From a virus (taxonomy: Duplodnaviria > Caudoviricetes): a stretch of 64,000 nucleotides of DNA. Position 1 is the first letter of the stretch; every line of letters begins with the position of its first letter. Shown piece after piece: positions 44,525 through 54,665 of the stretch. The DNA lies in IMG/VR virus record IMGVR_UViG_3300031851_000001; one strand, given 5' to 3'. The position numbers and the translations under genes were made by a program. Under the pieces are notes generated by a model that saw only the letters and a list, made by a program, of their open reading frames with translations, was not told where the DNA came from and made no database searches.

Positions 44525-44944
44525 ATGACTAGAATTAAAAAAGCTTTTTGGTTTACACTTGGAATTCTATTAGTCGGCGTAGCTTACCTCGGTGTAATAC
44601 TACCCGGACTACCTTGGAGTACACCAATCTTAGGCGCAACATTTTGTTTTGCAAAGTCAAGTGATAGGCTACACGGTTGGATTATGAATCATCCAAAGTT
44701 TGGTCCGTTTGTTAAAAACTGGTCAACATACAGAGTTTATCCAACCTTAGCAAAATGGGCAATGGTTGGCGTTATGTCAACATCATTAGCATTTATGTAC
44801 TTTGGTACAGGTAATGAAAAAGCAACATTATATATGTTTATTACTTTTGCACTTATAGTTTTTTGGGCATGGCGTTACCCAGGATCGCAAGCTGAAGCTG
44901 AACGTCGTATTGAAGCCGGTGAAAAAATCGGTTGGTTGAAATAA
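44525..44944 (+). CDS. DUF454 (YbaN-like) inner-membrane protein
   Basis: GVILPGLPWSTP....CFAKSSDRLHGWIMNHPKFGP. Confidence 0.85.
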   Translation: MTRIKKAFWFTLGILLVGVAYLGVILPGLPWSTPILGATFCFAKSSDRLHGWIMNHPKFGPFVKNWSTYRVYPTLAKWAMVGVMSTSLAFMYFGTGNEKATLYMFITFALIVFWAWRYPGSQAEAERRIEAGEKIGWLK

Positions 44945-44955
44945 AGGATTAAGAT

Positions 44956-45900
44956 ATGAAAACACTTACAAGTACTATTATTGCATCACTTATGGCATCA
45001 GGTGCCATAGCTGGTGGACATGACCATGCAGAAGCAAAGGATGGTCCTTTCATTAATGGTACATTTGAAATCTATATTGATGATACGAATACTGAAGGTC
45101 ATGTAGACACTCGATTTGAAGCAGTGGGAGGTTATGAAACAGAACTTGACCATCCATTAGCAAATTGGGCAGGATTTTCAGCCAAGTTTGATACAAATTA
45201 TGCGTTAGATCGTAACCTTGATAATACCATTACTGAAAAGCAAATGGGTTTAGGTGTCGGTAATAACGCAAGAATTTGGTTTGGTGAAACTGACATTCAG
45301 CGTTTAGGATTTGCCAAGACATCAAAAATTGGTGCACCAGTGATTATCACAAAACAAAATTCGCGTATTGACCACCAAGAAAAGATTGCGCTTACATTTG
45401 GTGGATGGGGATATAATGATGAGTTTGCATTTAATAACTATCGTTTACAAAGAGATATGCCATATGCTGGTGTAGTCGCTTGGGATCCGGAAACAAAAGC
45501 AATGTATTACGGCGTAACTGCTCGTGCAAAAATTGTTGATGTATCATATATGCAAATTGATACAGATGGTGAAACACAAACAGGTTATTCAGTAGGTACC
45601 TCGTTGCATCGTATGGGTATACCAATTGGTATAGGATATGAACAATGGGAAGATGCCGAAAATACTCGTAAAGATATTGGTGTAATGTATAACTATAGCA
45701 AAGAATTAATGTTTACTGCGCACAACGTAACGGACGATGATTTAGGATTTACATATAATTACCTAGCAGCCATCCATACAAAAGGTCCAGTAGAGTTAGG
45801 TCTATATTACCATAATGATAAGGTACAAGTTAGTCCATGGACAGGCCAAACATCAAACATTGATGATAGTGTGAAGGCAACAATCAAATATAAATTCTGA
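44956..45900 (+). CDS. outer-membrane beta-barrel / porin-like protein
   Basis: Signal peptide ending GAIA-G, alternating aromatic strands, C-terminal IKYKF. Confidence 0.65.
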   Translation: MKTLTSTIIASLMASGAIAGGHDHAEAKDGPFINGTFEIYIDDTNTEGHVDTRFEAVGGYETELDHPLANWAGFSAKFDTNYALDRNLDNTITEKQMGLGVGNNARIWFGETDIQRLGFAKTSKIGAPVIITKQNSRIDHQEKIALTFGGWGYNDEFAFNNYRLQRDMPYAGVVAWDPETKAMYYGVTARAKIVDVSYMQIDTDGETQTGYSVGTSLHRMGIPIGIGYEQWEDAENTRKDIGVMYNYSKELMFTAHNVTDDDLGFTYNYLAAIHTKGPVELGLYYHNDKVQVSPWTGQTSNIDDSVKATIKYKF

Positions 45901-45901
45901 T

Positions 45902-45909
45902 TATAAATA
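45902..45909 (+). promoter_or_regulatory. T4-type late promoter followed by an 8-bp hairpin (45921-45949)
   Basis: TATAAATA; ACAACCAC / GTGGTTGT. Confidence 0.6.
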
Positions 45910-45982
45910 CAATTAATATGACAACCACCTCTGATTATCACGTGGTTGTTCTTTACACTATGATTTTGATGAAGGAGATATT

Positions 45983-47008
45983 ATGTCAAAAAGAATTCTG
46001 ATTACCGGCGGTGGTGGTTTTATCGCACACCATTTAATTAACCGAGTACTTAAACAAACTGACTGGGAAATTATTACAGTCGATCGTTTAGACTATAGCG
46101 GTAATTTAAACAGATTACATGATCTCTTACAAGAACGTACTGCAGAAGAACGCAAACGTCTTCGTACAATTTTCCACGATTTAAAAGCTGAATTTAATCC
46201 AATGCTTATTGCTGACATTGGACCAATTGATATTGTAGCACACTTGGCTGCAGGTTCACACGTAGATCGTTCTATTGATTTTCCAATGGAATTTGTTATG
46301 GATAATGTTGTCGGTACATGTAACATTTTAGAGTTTGCACGTAAACAAGAAAACCTTGAGCGTTTCCTATATTTCTCAACTGATGAAGTATTTGGACCAG
46401 CGCCAGAAGGTGTTAATTATGATGAATATGATCGTTACAATTCAACTAATCCGTACTCGGCTTCAAAGGCTGGTGCTGAAGAGCTTTGTGTAGCATATCA
46501 GAATTCTTATAACATGCCAATTTATATTACACATACTATGAATGTATTTGGCGAAAGACAACATCCCGAGAAATTTATTCCTATGACTATTCGTAATGTA
46601 CGAGATGGTGGTAAGGTAACAATTCATAGTGATGCGTCAAAAACAATCCCAGGATCTCGTCATTATATCCATGCTGAAGATGTGGCAGATGCAACTCTGT
46701 TTTTATTAGAACATGAGGGTACTCTTAATATTACTAATAACTCTGGCGTCAAATGTCCAAAGTTTAATATCTGTGGTGCAACTGAATTGAATAATTTAGA
46801 ATTGGCTCAAATGATTGCTGACGCTCAAGGTAAGCCACTCAATTATGAGTTTATGGATTTCCATAGTTCTCGACCTGGGCATGATTTGCGTTATGCATTA
46901 AGTGGTAATAGAATGAAAGAAATGGGATGGGAACCAAAGCCAGTACAAGAACGTATTGCTGAGGTAGTTAACTGGACATTAAACAATACAAGGTGGTTAG
47001 ACATATGA
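45983..47008 (+). CDS. NDP-sugar 4,6-dehydratase (RfbB-like extended SDR)
   Basis: ITGGGGFIA, HLAAGSHVDRS, FSTDEVFG, PYSASK, RPGHDLRY. Confidence 0.9.
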   Translation: MSKRILITGGGGFIAHHLINRVLKQTDWEIITVDRLDYSGNLNRLHDLLQERTAEERKRLRTIFHDLKAEFNPMLIADIGPIDIVAHLAAGSHVDRSIDFPMEFVMDNVVGTCNILEFARKQENLERFLYFSTDEVFGPAPEGVNYDEYDRYNSTNPYSASKAGAEELCVAYQNSYNMPIYITHTMNVFGERQHPEKFIPMTIRNVRDGGKVTIHSDASKTIPGSRHYIHAEDVADATLFLLEHEGTLNITNNSGVKCPKFNICGATELNNLELAQMIADAQGKPLNYEFMDFHSSRPGHDLRYALSGNRMKEMGWEPKPVQERIAEVVNWTLNNTRWLDI

Positions 47009-47583
47009 GTTTCGTACAATTTATAGAAGGCGAATATAATAACGCCAAGAATACATTTTCTGATATTAATGAGCATCTCGAGCTGCTATTTAATTTAGGA
47101 ATGGAATGTGAACATATTACAGAAATGGGAGTGCGTGATGGTCAAAGTACTAAAGCATTCCTTAATACAAATGCAGCTTTAAGATCATACGATATTGAAT
47201 TGAACTGGGAAGTAAGCGAGTTATTTAAACGAGCTAAAACCGTAGGTAAAGATGTTGTATACGAAAAAGCAAACGTATTGAATATTGATATAGAACAAAC
47301 TGATTTACTCTTTATTGATACATGGCATTCTGGTTCCCAACTAAAACGTGAGCTAGCAATGCATGGTAATAAAGCAAATAAGTATTTGGTTTTCCACGAT
47401 ACTCAAACATATGGCTGCAGAGACGAAAAAGAAAACTGGAGAGATTTCGCTGATAAACGACCAATGCCTAATGAAGGTTTAATTGGACCAATCGTTAACT
47501 TTGTTATCAACAATCCTGAGTGGAAATTTAAAGAATTCCGAACTAACAATAACGGACTTACTGTACTTGAAAGGACTAAGTAA
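47005..47583 (+). CDS. class I SAM methyltransferase (Methyltransf_24-like)
   Basis: TEMGVRDGQST, LLFIDTWH, VFHDT, NNGLTVL. Confidence 0.75.
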   Translation: MSFVQFIEGEYNNAKNTFSDINEHLELLFNLGMECEHITEMGVRDGQSTKAFLNTNAALRSYDIELNWEVSELFKRAKTVGKDVVYEKANVLNIDIEQTDLLFIDTWHSGSQLKRELAMHGNKANKYLVFHDTQTYGCRDEKENWRDFADKRPMPNEGLIGPIVNFVINNPEWKFKEFRTNNNGLTVLERTK

Positions 47584-49121
47584 TGATTGTTGATTGCTTT
47601 CCATTTTTTGCTCCTACTGGAGTTGAACTCTTAAAACTTAGAGTTAATCTTTTAAAAGATGTAGTGGATAAGTTTATTATTGTTGAGTCTAATAAAACAC
47701 ACAGCGGTAAACCAGTTGAACGTAAATTTTTAGAGATTGCACGCCAGCAAGGTTTACCAATGGAAAAAATCCATTATGTTGAACACGATATTGCTGAACA
47801 AGAAGACTTAGTAATTGAAAAGGTTGATAGGATTAATGCTGGTGCAAATAGAGACAGTGAAAACTCTTTATATGCTAGGGTACGTGAGCGTTTACAAAAA
47901 GACGCTGTTATGCAAGCCATGGATAACTTTAATGACAACGACGTATTCATATATGGTGATGCAGATGAAATCATTAAACCAGAAAATGTTAAATGGGTTG
48001 CTCAGATGTGCAGGAATAATCCAGAAATTATTCTTAAAATACCATTAGCATATTTGCAAGGTCGCGCAGATTTACGAGCATTTAATACTGATGGCAGCCA
48101 CGTAGTTTGGTGGAAAGCCATGTTCTTTGCAACTAAGTTTCAGATTATGAAAACGTCTGTAAACAGAATACGTTGTGGGTCAATGCATTATCCTGTTCGT
48201 TGGCCTACTCATCAAAACAAAATCATTCAAGATATGGGTTGGCATTTCGCATGGATGGGTGGAGCTGAAACGCGAAAAGTTAAAGCCGACTCTTTTGCTC
48301 ATGCCTTTGACTCTTTTAAATGGATGGAAGATATTAGAGGTTATAGTGAATACTCTAAACTTGACGAGAGTCTAATGGAAGAAGGTCCTGCGCCAGATGG
48401 TAATAACACACATATCTTAAAAAGATTTCCAATTGATAAATTACCAGCATTGGCACTTGAAGATCCTGAGATTAGAGAATTCTTATTGCCTACAACCAAA
48501 TTAGACAAAGACTTTCAATTTAATAAATGTAATTGTTTTTGGTGTCAAAAGCTTAAGTTCCCATTAATGTATAACCTTGATGGTAAACGAAATTGGTTTG
48601 AAATACCAAGAAGCTGCAGTGTAACAGTTAAAGAAACATTCCCAGATCGTAAACAGGTATTTAGAGATACTGATGAATACGATGATGCACGAGGCAGACC
48701 TCTTGTTGTATATTCAGATCCTGTTGAAAGGTTCGTTTCATGTATTAATGCATATGTTACTGAAAAGCAAAGATATTATCATTATGGTGAAGATATATTT
48801 TCTACCTTTGGAGTTGAACTAAGTAAATGTACTAAACAGGAAAAGATTGACTACTTCTTTGCTAATTTACATAAAATTGGTTCAGCACATCAATTACATC
48901 ATTTCCACCCACAGGCATGGTTTATTGATATTGATAAATTCGTTGGATTTACGGTAATTAAAAAGCATGACGTTTGCAGCCACTTTGGAATAACACAGAA
49001 GCTAAATCAAACTAAAAAAGAAATCACTGCTGATGATTTTAGTGAAGAGCAAATCGCGTTTATTAAAAAGGTTTACCAAATAGACTACGATTTTTACGAG
49101 AAATACGGTAATGAAAGTTAA
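47583..49121 (+). CDS. GT17 glycosyltransferase fused to a sulfotransferase-2-like domain
   Basis: IVDCFPFF..ELL..R...VDKFIIVES..THSG; GDADEI; GWHFAW; C-terminal FEIPRSCS, SDPVERFVS, HFHPQ. Confidence 0.75.
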   Translation: MIVDCFPFFAPTGVELLKLRVNLLKDVVDKFIIVESNKTHSGKPVERKFLEIARQQGLPMEKIHYVEHDIAEQEDLVIEKVDRINAGANRDSENSLYARVRERLQKDAVMQAMDNFNDNDVFIYGDADEIIKPENVKWVAQMCRNNPEIILKIPLAYLQGRADLRAFNTDGSHVVWWKAMFFATKFQIMKTSVNRIRCGSMHYPVRWPTHQNKIIQDMGWHFAWMGGAETRKVKADSFAHAFDSFKWMEDIRGYSEYSKLDESLMEEGPAPDGNNTHILKRFPIDKLPALALEDPEIREFLLPTTKLDKDFQFNKCNCFWCQKLKFPLMYNLDGKRNWFEIPRSCSVTVKETFPDRKQVFRDTDEYDDARGRPLVVYSDPVERFVSCINAYVTEKQRYYHYGEDIFSTFGVELSKCTKQEKIDYFFANLHKIGSAHQLHHFHPQAWFIDIDKFVGFTVIKKHDVCSHFGITQKLNQTKKEITADDFSEEQIAFIKKVYQIDYDFYEKYGNES

Positions 49122-49359
49122 GGCAGGCAGTGCTAGTATAGACATATTAAGACTTGAAATTAAAGATTTAAATAGAGAAATTAATGAGTTATACAAAGAA
49201 CATGATATAATAAAGAATCAAAATATGATGTTACTTGAAGTACTATCGGATCTGACTGGCGACGAGAGTTATTGGTCAGATGAAGCCAAAAAGTCAGGCT
49301 TGATATTTAAACTAACAAACGTTTTAACTCAAATAAAAAGTAACTTTGGACACAATTAA
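49111..49359 (+). CDS. hypothetical protein
   Basis: Coupled ORF, coiled-coil-like. Confidence 0.55.
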   Translation: MKVKAGSASIDILRLEIKDLNREINELYKEHDIIKNQNMMLLEVLSDLTGDESYWSDEAKKSGLIFKLTNVLTQIKSNFGHN

Positions 49360-49400
49360 CTATTGACATAGCGTATAGAATCAGTTATATTAGAATCAAC
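49354..49400 (+). promoter_or_regulatory. early promoter cassette
   Basis: AATTAACTA-TTGACA(49363)-N17-TATATT-AGAATCAAC. Confidence 0.75.
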
Positions 49401-49425
49401 AAATATAAAAACTGAGGCAAAAACT

Positions 49426-49941
49426 ATGAAACTTAAAACAGCAATTTGTGCACTTCTTATTAATACCACTGCGTTTGCAGGATTTATTCAATTGGGCTCC
49501 GAATTAAAGGCTCAGGAGGTTGATGCAGCATTAGCTGAGTTCCACGCAGATGAACTTGAGTGTATGGCTCTAAACATCTATTATGAGACCAGAGCGTCTT
49601 CACTTATTGACGCAGTATCAGTATCTGATGTGGTATTAAACCGTGTTGAAAGTTCACGTTATCCAAATACAGTTTGTGGTGTAGTACAAGACGGTTATAA
49701 ACCTAATCGTGTGACATGCCAGTTTTCTTGGTACTGTGATGGTAAGTCAGATGTACCACAGGATGATGAGTCTTGGGAAAAGTCACGTAAACATGCTCGT
49801 GATATGTATGTACACCAAACACATCGTGGCATTACAGAAAGCGCAACACACTACCACGCTACATACGTATCGCCATACTGGGCACCTTCTATGCATAGAG
49901 TAGCACGTATGGGTTCACATATTTTTTATAGAGAAGACTAA
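49426..49941 (+). CDS. cell wall hydrolase (SleB / Hydrolase_2)
   Basis: CMALNIYYETR, VVLNRV..RYPNTVCGVV, CQFSWYCDG, ATHYHATYVSP.W, HIFY. Confidence 0.9.
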   Translation: MKLKTAICALLINTTAFAGFIQLGSELKAQEVDAALAEFHADELECMALNIYYETRASSLIDAVSVSDVVLNRVESSRYPNTVCGVVQDGYKPNRVTCQFSWYCDGKSDVPQDDESWEKSRKHARDMYVHQTHRGITESATHYHATYVSPYWAPSMHRVARMGSHIFYRED

Positions 49942-50082
49942 TATGGTACAAATTAAAGCATATTATGGGAATGTAAAAGTTAATAAATACTTCGCGTGCC
50001 AAATTGACGCGCAAGAATATCGAGAATGGCTTGACGCAAGATATGCTAAAGTCATTTGGATAAATCACTAAGGAGAATACAA

Positions 50083-50412
50083 ATGTCAGAAGATAACGAC
50101 GAACGTTATGTCGTGACTACTGTGGTGTCTACACATCGCATGCGTTACCTCGTACCTATGAGTGCGTTGGAAGAAGACGGAAAAGTTCCATCAATCGCAG
50201 AAGCTATTGAATGGACAAACGACTCAGTAACTATGGAAGAAGTTAAAGAATTTTCGCAACACTGGTTAGGTGAGCAAATTCTAGACACGTTTATTTTAGA
50301 TGAAGAACGTGTATTACAATTATGGGACAGAGATAATCCCCACATGGTAGAAGGTGTTTCAAAAGAAGAAAAGCTTAAACTAATTCATAATTGGAAAGAG
50401 GTTCGTGAATAA
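50083..50412 (+). CDS. hypothetical protein
   Basis: AAGGAG SD; HRMRY...EFSQHWLGEQI. Confidence 0.6.
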   Translation: MSEDNDERYVVTTVVSTHRMRYLVPMSALEEDGKVPSIAEAIEWTNDSVTMEEVKEFSQHWLGEQILDTFILDEERVLQLWDRDNPHMVEGVSKEEKLKLIHNWKEVRE

Positions 50413-50743
50413 TCACGAATATTTGCCAGATTGTTGGGTTCTGATAAAGGTTACGAAGGAACAAGGATCCCACTACAGAGTACTCGCAGGGTTTAACGAA
50501 AAACCTAGAAATAGCGACGATTGGAGAATAAGCAACGATATTACGTCAATAGATTGTATAGATAATGTATATCATTTTAATTGTTCATCAGGATCATTAT
50601 ACATGTGTCGTAAATCGGAATATAATTTAACAAAGAAGATTGACCACGTTTGGAAAGCATTACAAAATCAAAAACCAAACGAGGTAGAATTAATGAAGAG
50701 CCATCCTAATTGGCTAAAATATGAATGGACTTATATGGAATGA
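50405..50743 (+). CDS. hypothetical protein
   Basis: PDCWVLIK...YRVLAG...F...SGS.Y pattern typical of myophage small proteins. Confidence 0.55.
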   Translation: MNNHEYLPDCWVLIKVTKEQGSHYRVLAGFNEKPRNSDDWRISNDITSIDCIDNVYHFNCSSGSLYMCRKSEYNLTKKIDHVWKALQNQKPNEVELMKSHPNWLKYEWTYME

Positions 50744-51489
50744 AAATTGTAATATGTGGTCATGGTTTTGTTGGTAAGGCTCACGGGCTATTTTTATCAA
50801 CAGACCATGATATTAAAGTTTGGGATCCGCAATTAGGTTATAAAGATAAATCAGTATTTAAAAATGCTGATGCCGTGATTATTGCAGTGTCAACGCCAGA
50901 AGGCGAAGATGGCATGTGTGATATGAATAACGTATATAAATGTTTAGAATTGTGTAACGATGTTCCCATATTAATAAAATCAACTATCAGCATAGAAGGC
51001 TGGAGATTACTCAACCGTGGATATGGTAATAGACAAATAACGTTTTCACCAGAATACTTACGAGCAGCTCATGCCTTTGAAGATTTCAGAAAGCACTCGT
51101 CAATTTCTATTGGCGGTGGCGATACTGGTTTTTGGCTTGAGGTATTATCCAATTCGTTAAATGTACGTGTTGATGTTAAAGATCCTGAAGTTTTAATTTT
51201 GACTAAATATTTTAGAAACGCGTTCTTAGCAACAAAGGTGGCGTTTTTCAATCAGATATATGATATGGCAAAAAATGCTGGTGTTGAACCAAATGAACTA
51301 TTAATGAATGTTAGTGACGATCCACGTATCGGTAAAAGCCATACATACGTTAATGAAGATGATCGTGGATTTGGAGGGCACTGTTTCCCTAAGGATACAA
51401 ATGCCATTGTGTATAGCGCAAATAAATCTGGTTATGATTTAAGCATTATACGCAAAGCAATAAGTTATAATAAAGGAATACGTGAATGA
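50740..51489 (+). CDS. UDP-glucose/GDP-mannose dehydrogenase family (no C-terminal domain)
   Basis: GHGFVG, AVSTP, IKST, FSPEYLR, KVAFFN, GFGGHCFPKD. Confidence 0.85.
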   Translation: MKIVICGHGFVGKAHGLFLSTDHDIKVWDPQLGYKDKSVFKNADAVIIAVSTPEGEDGMCDMNNVYKCLELCNDVPILIKSTISIEGWRLLNRGYGNRQITFSPEYLRAAHAFEDFRKHSSISIGGGDTGFWLEVLSNSLNVRVDVKDPEVLILTKYFRNAFLATKVAFFNQIYDMAKNAGVEPNELLMNVSDDPRIGKSHTYVNEDDRGFGGHCFPKDTNAIVYSANKSGYDLSIIRKAISYNKGIRE

Positions 51490-51893
51490 TTGTTGGTTTC
51501 ACGGCATCAGCATTTGATTTGCTCCACGCTGGGCATGTTCAAATGTTGAGAGAAGCGAAAGAGCAATGCGACTATTTACTATGTGGTTTACAAATGGATC
51601 CTGCAACGGATCGTTCTCACAAGAATGCTCCTATCCAAAGTATTGTTGAAAGATACACGCAATTAAAAGCTGTAAGTTATGTTGACGAAATCATTCCGTA
51701 TTTGACAGAATCAGATTTATGTGATATATTATCAATGTACCATATAGATATACGAATTCTTGGCGAAGAATATAAAACGCAAGATTTTACCGGTAAAGAC
51801 ATTTGTAGGTCTCGTGGTATAGAATTATATTTTAATAAAAGAGATCATCGGTTTAGTACGAGTGATCTAAGAAAGAGAGTATGTAATGACTGA
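51486..51893 (+). CDS. TagD-like cytidylyltransferase
   Basis: SAFDLLHAGHV, YVDEII, RFSTSDLR. Confidence 0.85.
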   Translation: MIVGFTASAFDLLHAGHVQMLREAKEQCDYLLCGLQMDPATDRSHKNAPIQSIVERYTQLKAVSYVDEIIPYLTESDLCDILSMYHIDIRILGEEYKTQDFTGKDICRSRGIELYFNKRDHRFSTSDLRKRVCND

Positions 51894-52061
51894 AGGACCA
51901 TTTAAAAGTGCGTTTGACGCAGATACTAACGGTGTTATTCGTAGAGAAATTGTAACCTATCGTGTTAAGAATGGAATTATGACTAAAGAAAGCGCAACCC
52001 GCGATTACTATGGTGATAACGATTATAACGACAGCATATCGTCACAACCTCTGGTGCAAAG

Positions 52062-52256
52062 ATGATTGAAAAACGCGAACCATATGATGTCAACAAAGTA
52101 ATGCAAGAAGACTTAAAATTAATTGATGTTATGCAAGTATTGGCTAATGAAGAAACAAATCCAATTGCGAAAAAGACATTGAAAAAAGTAATCGGCAGAC
52201 TTATTGATTTAACTAGCAAAGCACATACTCGTGGTCATTGGACTGGTAGCGAATAG
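52062..52256 (+). CDS. hypothetical protein
   Basis: Short ORF in the coding orientation. Confidence 0.45.
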   Translation: MIEKREPYDVNKVMQEDLKLIDVMQVLANEETNPIAKKTLKKVIGRLIDLTSKAHTRGHWTGSE

Positions 52257-52427
52257 TGAGTTTTATTTGGGCACTTACGGTTATCACTACGGTTTCTGCT
52301 GAAGTAAATAACTATTCTTATATCAAAGAATATGACGATCGTACTAAATGCGAAATAAATAAAGCTGTGTTTATTGTTAATTATAGACCATTTAATAATA
52401 ACGAACAAGTAAAGTGTGTAATTGTTT

Positions 52428-53789
52428 ATGAGTAAAATATTGGGTTTAAGCGAAGGATTTCACGACGCTGGCGCAACATTGATACAAGATGGAAATATAC
52501 TATCAGCCACCCATGCTGAAAGAATAAGTCGTGTTAAAAACGATAGATGGTTACACTACACTCAAATAGATGATGCCGATACCACTGCCTTTTATGAAAA
52601 GGATTGGTTGAAAAGAACACGACAAATATATGCTGGTCAACCTTATGCAAAGCCACGTATTAAAACTGATGTTTCTTTTTACCATCATCAATCGCATGCC
52701 GCTGCAGGTTTCTATACTTCAAAGTTTGACGAATGCAACATATTGGTTGTTGATGCCATTGGCGAATGGGACACTGTTTCTGTTTGGAAAGGTTGGACTA
52801 AAAACGATAAACCTCAAATGAAAAAGATTAAATCATTTAAATATCCGTACTCAATTGGATTGTTTTATTCAGCAATTACAAAGTACTTAGGTTTAAGACC
52901 GATGGAAGATGAATATATAACAATGGGTATGGCAGCCTTTGGTTTTCCAACTGAAACGTTATTAATGGAAAATATATTAGAAAATGTTAATTGTCATAAA
53001 GGTTTGCCTGATATTCCAGAGTTACGTTATATAAGTAAAGAGAATTTGGCGTCCTCTGCTCAGAGTGTGGTCGAAGCCAAACTTACTAATTTAGTATTAA
53101 AACACTGCCCTTCTCGTAATCTCGTTATGATGGGTGGCGTGGCTCTTAATTGTGTTGCTAATAGTAAAATAGCAGGACTAGGTAAAAATATTTGGATTAT
53201 GCCAAACCCAGGTGATTGTGGATCGTCTCTTGGTGCTGCAGCGTTAGCATATGGTAAAAAGTTAAATTGGGTTGATCCATACCTTGGAACGGATATAAAA
53301 AATGATATTAAAATTAAAGAAGTTGTTAGCCATCTTATTGACCATAGTTATTGTGGTATTGCAAATGGTCGTAGTGAGTTTGGCCCTCGTGCCCTTGGCA
53401 ATCGTAGCCTTATCGCTGACCCTAGACGAGATATTAAGGACACTATTAATCAAGTTAAACGGCGCCAACAGTTTCGACCCTTTGGACCTGCGATCTTGGA
53501 AGAATACGCTTATGAATATTTCAAAGGACCAATGAACGAGTATATGCAATTCGTGGCAAAGGCAAAGCATGATTATAAATCAGTAACACATGTTGATGGC
53601 ACTGCACGAGTTCAAATAGTTAAACCAAATTGTAAATCTATAATAAGACCAATCCTTGAAGAATGGTATGAGCAAACTAAATGCCCAATGTTATTAAACA
53701 CAAGCTTAAATATTAAAGGTCAGCCAATGGTTGATACGTGGAAAGATGCTCTAAAATTTCAAAAGGAATATAATGTCAAAGTCTTCTAA
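52428..53789 (+). CDS. carbamoyltransferase (NodU/CmcH family)
   Basis: GFHDAGA, HHQSHAAAGFY, VDAIGE, GGVALNCVAN, EFGPRALGNRS, THVDGTARVQ, LLNTSLN. Confidence 0.92.
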   Translation: MSKILGLSEGFHDAGATLIQDGNILSATHAERISRVKNDRWLHYTQIDDADTTAFYEKDWLKRTRQIYAGQPYAKPRIKTDVSFYHHQSHAAAGFYTSKFDECNILVVDAIGEWDTVSVWKGWTKNDKPQMKKIKSFKYPYSIGLFYSAITKYLGLRPMEDEYITMGMAAFGFPTETLLMENILENVNCHKGLPDIPELRYISKENLASSAQSVVEAKLTNLVLKHCPSRNLVMMGGVALNCVANSKIAGLGKNIWIMPNPGDCGSSLGAAALAYGKKLNWVDPYLGTDIKNDIKIKEVVSHLIDHSYCGIANGRSEFGPRALGNRSLIADPRRDIKDTINQVKRRQQFRPFGPAILEEYAYEYFKGPMNEYMQFVAKAKHDYKSVTHVDGTARVQIVKPNCKSIIRPILEEWYEQTKCPMLLNTSLNIKGQPMVDTWKDALKFQKEYNVKVF

Positions 53790-54585
53790 GTACATTTTAG
53801 CTGCTGGGTGTAGTTTTACCGATAAAGACTTTAAGTCTACAATACACAAAGACTATGACACATCGTATCCAAAATGGCCTGAGATATTTGGCGAATACCA
53901 AGGCATGGATGTAGTTAATCTTGGTAAATCTGGTGTTGGTAATGATTACATTTGTAACGTATTAACTAAGCGTATTCTTGAAGATCAAAAAAATATAGAC
54001 ACTGTTGTCGTAGGTTGGTCAGAAGTGTATAGGTATGGAATGTTTGGTGGTAACTACCGATTAAATCCAATAACCGCGTTATACAGACCTGACCGCAAAC
54101 AAGATCCATGGCAAGAAGCATCACGCCCTATGTTTGAGCTTATGTTTGATGGAGATTTGCTAAAGAAATCACATAATGTTAATGATATGAATAATCTAGC
54201 AGTATGGATGTTAAGTAGTTGGTTGGAATCCATGTGGCAAATCCAAGAACTTTGTAAGGTGTTAAATATAAAATATATTCAAACTAAGCTTTGTGGCAGT
54301 ATTACGCTTGCTAAATTCAGACAAATAGAAAATTCTTTTTCTGAACCGCTTGGGTTTACAGAAAAGGAATGGCACGTTCAATTTGGTAGGATTAAAACTC
54401 TTTTTGAACTTGACAGAAGCCACTACATAGGGTATCCATTTCTAAACACATTTAATGGTTTTTGTCTTCAAGATAAACTTATTAGTGAGTTAACTATAAG
54501 TAATGGAGACGCGCATCCAAACGCTGAAGGTCATGAATTTATAGGAAGGAAGTTCTATGAACACTATACAAAAATTTATCCTTAA
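53773..54585 (+). CDS. SGNH/GDSL hydrolase-like protein
   Basis: AGCSFTD, NLGKSGVGN, DAHPNAEGH. Confidence 0.7.
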   Translation: MSKSSKYILAAGCSFTDKDFKSTIHKDYDTSYPKWPEIFGEYQGMDVVNLGKSGVGNDYICNVLTKRILEDQKNIDTVVVGWSEVYRYGMFGGNYRLNPITALYRPDRKQDPWQEASRPMFELMFDGDLLKKSHNVNDMNNLAVWMLSSWLESMWQIQELCKVLNIKYIQTKLCGSITLAKFRQIENSFSEPLGFTEKEWHVQFGRIKTLFELDRSHYIGYPFLNTFNGFCLQDKLISELTISNGDAHPNAEGHEFIGRKFYEHYTKIYP

Positions 54586-54665
54586 GTTAAAGTTTAAATT
54601 TATTATTTTTAAAATGAGATTTACAAAGCACGAAACAGAGGCTGATAAGAGTGAGGGGTTTATAT

